From a virus (Duplodnaviria > Caudoviricetes), in IMG/VR virus record IMGVR_UViG_3300020045_002621, positions 1 through 39,861 of that record: a stretch of DNA of 39,861 nt; one strand, 5' to 3'. The notes beneath the pieces are model-generated. The model searched no databases, was not told where the DNA came from, and saw nothing but the letters and a program-made list of their open reading frames with translations. The position numbers and the translations under genes were made by a program. This document shows, one piece after another, positions 6,589 through 14,454 of the stretch (its first letter is position 1; each line of letters begins with the position of its first letter).

Positions 6589-8230
6589 TCACATTCCACC
6601 GTGCAGCGACTTCCGTAGCGACATAGTTATAACCAGCCGCAGTCAGGTGGACACCATCGGATAGCAGGGACGGCGGGCAATAGCCCATCGCAATTGCCGT
6701 ATTGTCCGGCCCCGATCCATCGCCATGCATCGCAAGGATAGCCTGCGCGTCGATGAAGTTGGCACCCAAACGCGAAGCCATGCCCGCTGCGATTGCCTCA
6801 TCCTGCGCCCATGTCGATGACGTAGAGGCGCGTTTGAGCGGCGGCATCATGATGATACGCGTGACGCCCCCGCTTATGCCGATGAGTGTGTCAATTTTGG
6901 ACAGGTAGTCTGGCGCATCAATAGCCCCGTTGCTCGACCCGTCCCAAAACACGTTGGCAGGCGTACCAACCAGCGGATTGTTCTGCCGGTAGACGATTTC
7001 CTGTTCAATGGTGGAGCCGCCAACAGATACGTTCTGGATTGCCGCGCCGGTAGCCTGACTGAGCGGGACGCCAAATCCAGAGCCATAACTGTCGCCATTG
7101 AGCGGGATAATGTCCAGCGTCATGCCGGTGGGCGGCGTCAGGTTGCGGAACAGGCGAACGCGATTGAGCGTGCCGTCATAATCGTTCGTGGTGGCGACCT
7201 GTCCCTGTTTGAAGCGCATTACGGCCAGCGGCGGCATGTTGGTGGGCGACGCCGTGATCGGCGCACCACCGTTGACGGAAACGCCAGCAATCCCGGCTGT
7301 CAGGACAAATTGCACGGTGAAGGTCGTGGACACCGCCGCGACACCTAGGTCAATATCAGCCTGTTGCGTGCCGGTGGTGCCGAGAACAGTCTGCGCGAAA
7401 ATCTTGAAGCGCAGATGGCCGTCGCTGGAATAGCACAGCCGCGCATAGTTCCGTTGCTGCGCCGTCGTGCCATCAAGCGCGCCGTCATCCGATTGCCAGA
7501 TGATCTTGTCCGCCGCACCCGCCGCCGCAGGCGTGATGAAATCGACAATGCCAGAAATGCCGCCCGCAATCCAACCGGCAAACGGTGTGGTTTCCTTGAC
7601 GGTCAGGTCATCAATGGCCCACATGCCGGTCGCGACGCCGGACTGCGCAAGGACGCCTGAAAACATGGTTGACACGCCGACCATGGGGCCGAACGTGCGG
7701 GCAGGGACGGCTGTCAACGTCGTGGCACCGATAAGCGCCGAACCCGCGACCGGGCCATTGACGTTGGTCACGTCATTGCTGGCGACGAATTTGGCGTTCG
7801 TGCTGGCCGCTGGGTCTTTGCGTATTTTTGCGCTTGCCAGATACGCCTTGCCGCCCTGAACGGGAAAGCTGGAATAGCCAATCGGGCGGCTGGCAGACAC
7901 CGCCGCCGTCACCTGATACTCGCCAGACACCGCCGCACCTGTGGCTGGCCCGCCGCTGACCTGAGACGCCGCCCAGCCTGTAGCGTCCACCACATTGCCG
8001 TTGGGAACCAATTCCGGCGACGTGGGCGACACATATGGACCGATAAGCGTCTTGCCGCTCGATACGCTGCCGCCTATTGCTGTCAGGAACGTGGCTTCGC
8101 TGCCATAGTCCGTGCCGTCGAAATTATAGGCGCCGGACGCATAGTTGGCATCCATGATGTATGGACTGACAGGCGGCACATAGCCCGCCAACCCAGCCCC
8201 AAGCCCCAATCCCAAGCGCAGACCAAGCAT
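6581..8230 (-). CDS. Putative virion or receptor-binding protein with carbohydrate-binding/LamG-like domains and a C-terminal SGNH (GDSL) hydrolase
   Basis: Starts MLGLRLGLGLG (TAATG overlap with the o-spanin); GDSYG and DGVHL catalytic motifs. Confidence 0.75.
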   Translation of the reverse strand: MLGLRLGLGLGAGLAGYVPPVSPYIMDANYASGAYNFDGTDYGSEATFLTAIGGSVSSGKTLIGPYVSPTSPELVPNGNVVDATGWAASQVSGGPATGAAVSGEYQVTAAVSASRPIGYSSFPVQGGKAYLASAKIRKDPAASTNAKFVASNDVTNVNGPVAGSALIGATTLTAVPARTFGPMVGVSTMFSGVLAQSGVATGMWAIDDLTVKETTPFAGWIAGGISGIVDFITPAAAGAADKIIWQSDDGALDGTTAQQRNYARLCYSSDGHLRFKIFAQTVLGTTGTQQADIDLGVAAVSTTFTVQFVLTAGIAGVSVNGGAPITASPTNMPPLAVMRFKQGQVATTNDYDGTLNRVRLFRNLTPPTGMTLDIIPLNGDSYGSGFGVPLSQATGAAIQNVSVGGSTIEQEIVYRQNNPLVGTPANVFWDGSSNGAIDAPDYLSKIDTLIGISGGVTRIIMMPPLKRASTSSTWAQDEAIAAGMASRLGANFIDAQAILAMHGDGSGPDNTAIAMGYCPPSLLSDGVHLTAAGYNYVATEVAARWNVIK

Positions 8231-8481
8231 TACCGTTCCCCCAGCGTATTCGACCATTCACGGGTCGCGCGCACCTTGGAACGGCAATCTTCGCCAGCCT
8301 CCACAAGGTCGATGATGAAATTGGCCACGGATTTGTCAGTCGTCTCAGCCGGGGTCGCCGGTTGCGCCTTGCACGTCAGGAATTGAGGCGGAACAGGCAC
8401 GGCTTTAGCCACCACCTTTGGACCGCATCCGGGCAAGCAAATCAGCGGTAGCAGGGCCAACAGTGCCATCATCTTTTGCAT
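8230..8481 (-). CDS. o-spanin (Rz1-like lipoprotein)
   Basis: Hydrophobic signal with lipobox LPGC, Pro-rich segment and a further DC motif; overlaps the 3' end of the i-spanin; exact start uncertain (about 8472-8490). Confidence 0.8.
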   Translation of the reverse strand: MQKMMALLALLPLICLPGCGPKVVAKAVPVPPQFLTCKAQPATPAETTDKSVANFIIDLVEAGEDCRSKVRATREWSNTLGER

Positions 8482-8755
8482 CATCCACAACCTTCCGAAG
8501 TTCCGTGGCTTCCTGTTCAGTGCTGGCCGAGCGCGCCATTTCCGATAGCGTGGCGGCTAGTTCCGCCTGCCCTGCTGCCCGCTCGACCTTGGCGGCTGCA
8601 ATCTCGACCTTGGCCGCATAGGCAGCATTGGCTTGGCGCTTTCCGTTGCATGATGCAACTGGATAGCACATGAGCGCACCGATGACGATGCCAGCGGCCA
8701 GTTTCCAGTTGGCGCGGATCGTGGCGAGAAATGCAAGGCCGGGGAGGGGGATCAC
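8405..8755 (-). CDS. i-spanin (Rz-like)
   Basis: N-terminal TM segment followed by an Ala-rich helical domain; GTG start coupled to the upstream stop. Confidence 0.75.
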   Translation of the reverse strand: MIPLPGLAFLATIRANWKLAAGIVIGALMCYPVASCNGKRQANAAYAAKVEIAAAKVERAAGQAELAATLSEMARSASTEQEATELRKVVDDAKDDGTVGPATADLLARMRSKGGG

Positions 8756-8928
8756 GCCGGATACCCCTCTAGCTGTAGGGCTATTTCCTCCCCAACGTCG
8801 CACAGTTCCGCATACGCAAGATGTGCGTCATCGCCTACCAAGGCTAATTCGCCATCCTTCAATAGCACACTGATTGCCATGATCTTGATGGCGGTTTCGC
8901 GGCCAAGGATGATTGTTTCGTGCGTCAC
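8752..8928 (-). CDS. Hypothetical protein in the lysis cassette (58 aa)
   Basis: Translated by hand: MTHETIILGRETAIKIMAISVLLKDGELALVGDDAHLAYAELCDVGEEIALQLEGYPA; GTGA overlaps at both ends. Confidence 0.65.
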   Translation of the reverse strand: MTHETIILGRETAIKIMAISVLLKDGELALVGDDAHLAYAELCDVGEEIALQLEGYPA

Positions 8929-9197
8929 AGCTTCTGTTCCACCGGGATAGGATCATTGGCCGGTTGATCGACTTTGACCGGAATAGGCGCTTCCGGCGCT
9001 GCCTTGCCGCCGCTGGATGACCCTACCCAAAAAGAGAAGGCCGCTACCGCAAATGACTTCCATGTCCCGATAACGTCGCCAATCATGGCCGCGTCTTTGG
9101 AGATGGCTACCACCCATATCGAAAAGCCAGCATAGGCAACGATGGCGACACCGCAAAACAGGACGACAAGGCGAAGGTGTGGGATACGGGCGGTCAT
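8925..9197 (-). CDS. Putative holin (2 TM)
   Basis: Two hydrophobic segments and FWVGSSSG motif; directly downstream of the endolysin. Confidence 0.7.
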   Translation of the reverse strand: MTARIPHLRLVVLFCGVAIVAYAGFSIWVVAISKDAAMIGDVIGTWKSFAVAAFSFWVGSSSGGKAAPEAPIPVKVDQPANDPIPVEQKL

Positions 9198-9760
9198 GCC
9201 TTAGTCCCATATAGCTTGGCCTCTGCTTCACGCCTGCGCGTCAAGCCCGCCATCACTTTGCCAGCCGCGCGGTTCCAACGAATGAATTGTCCCTGCGCCC
9301 CGGCATAGTCGCCCTCTTTGTGCAGGCGTAGCAGTGTGCTTTCCTTGAAGTTTGTTAGTCCGATATTATAGGCCAGAGACACCATCGCATCGAATTGGCC
9401 AGCCGTTGTCGGTGTCGCGCCAATCAGTTTTGAAACACCATCGGAAAAGCGCGCTACATCGTCCGCAATCGCATTGTTGGCCTGCGCCTGCGTCCACACT
9501 AGCCCCGGCTTCACTTCCGGCCCGGTGTGACCGTAGCCGATAGTCCATGGATCGCCGCCTGTCGCAGGATCGGGATAGGCTTTCAGTTCCAGCCCTTCAA
9601 ACGACTTGATGAGGTCAAGGCCAGCCTTGCCGACCATACGACGCATGTCACCCGGCACGCTCAGGCTGTCCAGTAGCGCGTCAATGCGAGCGACTTCCGC
9701 CTGCGTGTAGGATGCCCCGCCGCGCGCTGCCTTGATGGCGTCAAAGATTGCGGTTCTCAT
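9194..9760 (-). CDS. Endolysin, GH24 phage lysozyme
   Basis: LIKSFEGLELKAYPDPATGGDPWTIGYGHT, FDAMVSLAYNIG and GLTRRREAE motifs. Confidence 0.95.
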   Translation of the reverse strand: MRTAIFDAIKAARGGASYTQAEVARIDALLDSLSVPGDMRRMVGKAGLDLIKSFEGLELKAYPDPATGGDPWTIGYGHTGPEVKPGLVWTQAQANNAIADDVARFSDGVSKLIGATPTTAGQFDAMVSLAYNIGLTNFKESTLLRLHKEGDYAGAQGQFIRWNRAAGKVMAGLTRRREAEAKLYGTKA

Positions 9761-9975
9761 TGCTGCCTAGCGTCCTTCTCAATCATGCGCTGGACCATGA
9801 AGTCGATCTTGCGCTCCATGTTGTCTATGCGCTTTTCTAACTGCGCCGACGCCGCCTCTGCCACACTCACGCGACCGTCAAAGCGAGAATAGGCCATGCC
9901 AAAGGCCGAAACCAAACCGACCACACCCAAGATCGCGGGAGGCGAAAGCCACTCATTCTTTTTCGGCTCGTTCAT
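9757..9975 (-). CDS. Single-TM plus coiled-coil protein (holin/antiholin-like)
   Basis: N-terminal TM and LEKRIDNMERKIDFMV coiled coil; immediately upstream of the endolysin. Confidence 0.6.
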   Translation of the reverse strand: MNEPKKNEWLSPPAILGVVGLVSAFGMAYSRFDGRVSVAEAASAQLEKRIDNMERKIDFMVQRMIEKDARQQ

Positions 9976-10460
9976 GCTTTGCGACCCATACCGCCAACGC
10001 CCTCCCGATGATCCAGCGCAGGATGATGACGCCGGAGCCTATCAACAATAAACTGCCCCCATGTTCCAAGCGCCCAACCTCCCAGGATAGCAAGCTGCGC
10101 GTAGGCAACGATGGTTAGCATGTCGTAATAAGCAATCGGATCGGCTATCGTCCACGTCTCCCGCGCGCCATAGGCGATATGCATGGCGACCTGAACCGCG
10201 TATGTCCCACCTAATGCGGCCTGCATCTTACCGGCAGGATGGCGCAGAATCATGCGAGCCGCGATGCCGTCGATAGCGATGTTCACCGCCCAATGGGTAA
10301 AATCGCCCGTGGCAGCGCTGTAGAGGAAACCGGCGACCCATACCGCCACCACGACCGACAGGCAGCGCAGTAGCGCGCCAGAGCGGCTATGTAGCCACGC
10401 CAGCGCACATATGCCACCCACACCGATGAGCGATGACAGATATGGGCCTAGATCAAGCAT
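9972..10460 (-). CDS. Multi-pass membrane protein
   Basis: Probable start MLDLGPYL; about 5 hydrophobic segments; coupled to neighbours. Confidence 0.75.
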   Translation of the reverse strand: MLDLGPYLSSLIGVGGICALAWLHSRSGALLRCLSVVVAVWVAGFLYSAATGDFTHWAVNIAIDGIAARMILRHPAGKMQAALGGTYAVQVAMHIAYGARETWTIADPIAYYDMLTIVAYAQLAILGGWALGTWGQFIVDRLRRHHPALDHREGVGGMGRKA

Positions 10461-10524
10461 TTTTCGGCTTGGGCCGGTTCGTCGGCGTCGGCTTGGGTTT
10501 TTGGGTTCCGCCACTTCGGATCAT
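10453..10524 (-). CDS. Small basic Pro/Lys-rich peptide (23 aa)
   Basis: MIRSGGTQKPKPTPTNRPKPKNA; GGAGG 7 nt upstream; its stop overlaps the start of the membrane protein. Confidence 0.6.
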   Translation of the reverse strand: MIRSGGTQKPKPTPTNRPKPKNA

Positions 10525-10631
10525 CACATTTCCTCCATCGAATGAGCAACTGGACGGGCCAGCAATGTCGCGGGCTTGCGCACATACTTCTTGCCGGTCG
10601 CATAATATGCGGACGAAACTGCATAAATCAT
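10524..10631 (-). CDS. Small hypothetical peptide (35 aa)
   Basis: AGGAGGT upstream; MIYAVSSAYYATGKKYVRKPATLLARPVAHSMEEM; TGATG overlap with the next ORF. Confidence 0.45.
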   Translation of the reverse strand: MIYAVSSAYYATGKKYVRKPATLLARPVAHSMEEM

Positions 10632-10640
10632 AAGTACCTC

Positions 10641-11759
10641 CTATGCGCCAGCCACCGTAGCCGACCATGCGAACGTTCCTGTTACAGACGTGGGGAACGA
10701 TACCGTTATGGTAGTCGAACTCACCCCGGAAAGCCATATGCCAGTCGTCGCAGTCGCCAACGGCGTTAGTGTCACGTCCTGCGCGCTTGGCGCGGCGATC
10801 AGGCCGTGGTTAAATGTGAGTGTCGATGCCGCCGTTACCGTCTGCGAGCCTTTGTTCTTGGTCCGGTAGCCGACAACATCACGGGCGATAAGGCCGTCCT
10901 TGCGAGCCGGGTCGATGAAGTTTGCAAGCGTCGAACCACCTTGGGGGGCGGCATTGACGTTATCGAATATCATCTGCCGGTTGACGGTCGATACCGCTCC
11001 GAACCCAGAGTAAACGAACGTCCCGCCGAGGAACGTATTCTTGTCGGCATTGGTCGAAAGCTGATGAACGCAATCTTCTACGTTCTCAATATCCATCGCC
11101 TCGAACACGTTGCCGTAGCTGAAACCATCCTCAAAGGAGATGCCAACCTCTGCCGTGGAGCAAGAGCCATGCACCCGCGACATGATAAGCTGTCGCGCCA
11201 CAAGTGACCGGCCAGCGCCAACATCGGGGCCAACCAGCCCGCAATTGGTTTCAATGTTCATGTCGCCGTTCAGAACGTGATTTATTTCACACCCGACCGC
11301 CGCGCTAGTCGTGTTGAGATTGCCAGCGGCGAACCGAAAAATCGGCTTGTTGATCGGGTCGCTGAAATCAGTCTTGCCCAATCGCACCACCGGCCCTGCG
11401 CAATTGGCGACAAAACCGATGCCGGAAATTTCAGGATAGAAGCAATCCCCCGGCGTGCGCGAGCATGTCAAAAAGAACGCAGGCGCGGCGACCGTACCAA
11501 AGTCGATGATGCTACTGTTAGTCCCGTCACCATACATTTTGAAGCCGGTATTGTATACCGAGATAAGATCGACCAGTAGCTGGCCGACATATCGGTAACG
11601 CCCCGCTGGAAGATACCATGGCAACTTGTTTGCCAGCGCGTAAATAAGAGACAGGTCAATAGGTACGGTGTCATCCGCGACGTTATCACCAACCGCCTCG
11701 AAGTTAATCGGGCTAGTGAAAAGCGAAGCAAGGCGGGTGGTATCGCGTGAACGGGTCAT
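10641..11759 (-). CDS. Tailspike-like beta-helix (pectate lyase-like) protein
   Basis: FEAVGDNVADDT...YLPAGRY entry motif and beta-rich body. Confidence 0.8.
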   Translation of the reverse strand: MTRSRDTTRLASLFTSPINFEAVGDNVADDTVPIDLSLIYALANKLPWYLPAGRYRYVGQLLVDLISVYNTGFKMYGDGTNSSIIDFGTVAAPAFFLTCSRTPGDCFYPEISGIGFVANCAGPVVRLGKTDFSDPINKPIFRFAAGNLNTTSAAVGCEINHVLNGDMNIETNCGLVGPDVGAGRSLVARQLIMSRVHGSCSTAEVGISFEDGFSYGNVFEAMDIENVEDCVHQLSTNADKNTFLGGTFVYSGFGAVSTVNRQMIFDNVNAAPQGGSTLANFIDPARKDGLIARDVVGYRTKNKGSQTVTAASTLTFNHGLIAAPSAQDVTLTPLATATTGIWLSGVSSTTITVSFPTSVTGTFAWSATVAGA

Positions 11760-11760
11760 A

Positions 11761-13590
11761 TCAAGGTGTCCATACAGTTACGTTGCCAGCCGAAATTGGT
11801 CCGCCGTTGCCATTTGTGAGAAGTGGGACGGAACCTGGGAGAAGGGAAACGTGACCGCCGCCCGTGACAACCTCAATCGCCGCAAAGCCGGTGGCCGAAC
11901 GGTTCCAGTTATTGCCCTTGACGAATAGGGATAATTCACTCCCCGCCGCGCTTGCCTCAAGCCGCACCAAGTTTGCGCCCGTGTCCGAGCCGCCAAAATC
12001 GCCACTGATTTTAGTGTTCGGCCCCTCAATCTGGATAGGGGCGGCATTGACGATTTCGACCATGCCTTGCGACGTGACAGCGCTAAACGTGGCGCTATGC
12101 CCGTCTGCTTCCGGCGCGACGTAATAAGCGTGCTGCCCTATATCCAGATCGGCGCAAACCAATTTCAGTTTGGACACGGTTCCAGCGGGCTTGCTTGGCC
12201 CATCGCCTGCGAAATGGCCGATGTAGAAGCAATATTTCGCCCAAATCGAAAAAGGCATGACAAACATCGGGTTGTCCACCCGGTTGAGGCGATACAACTG
12301 CAAATTGTTCTGCATGTATGTCCGCACTTCGTCAGCCTGGCTAAAGAACGGCCACTTATGCGTTCCTACAACTCGCAGCGTGTCATAACTCCAATCGACT
12401 TCAAGCCCGCGCTTATAAAACTGGCCGCAGCAATCCGTGAAGCGGTTCCGATTGCCGTTCATATAGACGCCGCGCGTCGAGTTCATATGATAGACGCGGG
12501 TGGCGTGAAAGTCCGACATATCCGCTGAGTAAATGTCAAAGTCGTCATCGTTCGGCGTCCATGGCGTTCCCGACACAACAGCGGGTTGGTCGCGAAGAAA
12601 CACGATGTCGCTCATGAGACAGCCGCCAGTGCCGCCAGCATCAACCAGACCGCGCCCACCATGCGCTAGATACAGGGCTGTCCCGGCGCTCCCTGCCGTA
12701 TCGAACGATGGCGCACCATAACCACGCAAGTCGGTGCCGCGCGGCATGGAGACAGGCGATCCGAGAAGAAACTTGCCGCCCTGCGAAATGGTCGGAACCT
12801 TTGCCGTCGCTGCCTGTGCCAATAGCGCCTGGAACCCACTGGCCATGTCATTGGAGCCTGTCGGGTCATAGCCCGCAATGTCCCGCATATTGGCGCTGCG
12901 CGAGCCTAGAACGCCGGTGATATAGGCCGGAAGGCCGACAACATTGTCAACACTCACAATGTCCTGCTCAATACCCAGGCCGATGACGAACAAGATATCA
13001 TCTTCGAGCGAAACGCCTTCATTAAGTGTGATGCTGTCTGCATCCCATGAATAATTCGCCGTAGTGACCGTGCCAGCGTTGATGATGACAAGCGGGACGC
13101 TGGTGATATTCACCCCATCGGGAGCGGGAAAAACAGTCTGGCCCTCCGTCCGATCGCCAATGTCAGGCTCATAAATCAGCGATGTTCCTGCACCGGCTGC
13201 GTTTTCGATGGCAGTTTGGAGCGCCTGCAATGCTTCTTGCACGTCGGAGCCATCGGGGATTGTCTCCCCGTCGAAATCCGTTGTGGTGATATTGGAGGCA
13301 GGCGCATTGCCGAAATGGTTGCTGCGATCCAGTGCCGCCGACAGGTCGGGGAAGCTATCCGCGAGATTGCCAGCGCTGTCCAGAATTTGCAACGTCTGGC
13401 CTGCCGCCGCTGTGAAATAGAAGTCAACAACGCCCTGCCCGTCAGCCGTCGCCAGATTGTCAGGTATGGGCGTCCCGCCAGCATCGGAGAATATGCTGAC
13501 AATTCCGCCGCTGCTATTCAGGACGCGCGCTTGGGAGCCGGGAAGGCTATCCCCTCGCGTATTCGTAATCGTGTTGAAATACCTGTTCAT
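11761..13590 (-). CDS. Tailspike / depolymerase with N-terminal anchor domain
   Basis: N-terminal virion-binding-like region (IFSDAGG...ADGQG), RSNHFG and EGQTVF motifs, then GYDPTGSND..FQA beta-helix entry. Confidence 0.8.
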   Translation of the reverse strand: MNRYFNTITNTRGDSLPGSQARVLNSSGGIVSIFSDAGGTPIPDNLATADGQGVVDFYFTAAAGQTLQILDSAGNLADSFPDLSAALDRSNHFGNAPASNITTTDFDGETIPDGSDVQEALQALQTAIENAAGAGTSLIYEPDIGDRTEGQTVFPAPDGVNITSVPLVIINAGTVTTANYSWDADSITLNEGVSLEDDILFVIGLGIEQDIVSVDNVVGLPAYITGVLGSRSANMRDIAGYDPTGSNDMASGFQALLAQAATAKVPTISQGGKFLLGSPVSMPRGTDLRGYGAPSFDTAGSAGTALYLAHGGRGLVDAGGTGGCLMSDIVFLRDQPAVVSGTPWTPNDDDFDIYSADMSDFHATRVYHMNSTRGVYMNGNRNRFTDCCGQFYKRGLEVDWSYDTLRVVGTHKWPFFSQADEVRTYMQNNLQLYRLNRVDNPMFVMPFSIWAKYCFYIGHFAGDGPSKPAGTVSKLKLVCADLDIGQHAYYVAPEADGHSATFSAVTSQGMVEIVNAAPIQIEGPNTKISGDFGGSDTGANLVRLEASAAGSELSLFVKGNNWNRSATGFAAIEVVTGGGHVSLLPGSVPLLTNGNGGPISAGNVTVWTP

Positions 13591-13605
13591 GACGCCCCCC
13601 GTATA

Positions 13606-14034
13606 TCAGCTAAAGCTAACGAATGTAACTGCAACCTGTGTTGCCGCCGTCTGCCCGATGGCGTCTGTTACCGTGCAAACGAAGGATGTATCGCCATCGC
13701 TGGAAGCGTAAAACCGCGTTGTAGCAGATGAAGGGGTGGCTGCGGTAGCACCGCTGGCCGTTGACGATCCGACCGTCCAAGCATAGCTGAAAGGAGCCTG
13801 ACCTCCTGCTACTGAAACGGTTGCAGCCTCGGTCAAATATCCAGCATAGTCATAGCCCGTTAGATCAGTCGGCGAAGCGCTTGCCGATACTGGCAAAACG
13901 AACACAGCTAATTCACGCCATGCACCGTCGAAATAACCCTTGGCGCGGGTCAAGCGCCTCCACACACCGGCAAAATAGACTTGGCCGGATGACAGGGTTT
14001 TCCATGCCCCGCCGTTATAGGTCCGCATCGTCAT
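13606..14034 (-). CDS. Putative tail-fibre accessory or virion protein
   Basis: Repeated GAW/GVW beta-hairpins and an Ig-like C-terminus (GGQAPFSYAW...CTVTDA). Confidence 0.6.
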   Translation of the reverse strand: MTMRTYNGGAWKTLSSGQVYFAGVWRRLTRAKGYFDGAWRELAVFVLPVSASASPTDLTGYDYAGYLTEAATVSVAGGQAPFSYAWTVGSSTASGATAATPSSATTRFYASSDGDTSFVCTVTDAIGQTAATQVAVTFVSFS

Positions 14035-14363
14035 GCGTAGAAAAACACTATCGCGCCCTCCGCCGCCGTGGGCAAGGATGAGCCTTCCGCCTGAATATAG
14101 ACACGACCGCTTGTCTGGCCCGTCCCGCTATGGTGCAGATATGCCCCGCGCCCGGTATAGATAGGCTCAGTCCCGCTAAAAACAGCGCCCGCCTTGGTCT
14201 GCAATGCGGAAACGTCCGGCAAGCCGTCATACATCACGCGAACCGACGCCATAATGCGACGGCCCATGTCGTTCATGTTTCCGGGCGGGCAACCCTCGCC
14301 AATATTAACCCCGTCAATCGACGTATTGCTGGCCGGGTTCGTGGACCAATCTTGAACAGCCAT
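14031..14363 (-). CDS. Short tail-fibre anchor protein
   Basis: WSTNPASNTSIDGVNIGEGCPPGNMND resembles the N-terminus of alphaproteobacterial podophage tail fibres. Confidence 0.65.
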   Translation of the reverse strand: MAVQDWSTNPASNTSIDGVNIGEGCPPGNMNDMGRRIMASVRVMYDGLPDVSALQTKAGAVFSGTEPIYTGRGAYLHHSGTGQTSGRVYIQAEGSSLPTAAEGAIVFFYA

Positions 14364-14454
14364 GGTTTACGCCTTTCCGACTTGCGTGTATGGTGCGGCC
14401 ATGAACATTACGGACACCTTGTGGGACATTGGCCGGTTTGCTTTCATAATCATA

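Noticed and set aside
9646-9760. Endolysin N-terminal extension as a SAR or signal sequence
   Set aside because: The segment is charged and amphipathic rather than a weakly hydrophobic TM helix; function unknown
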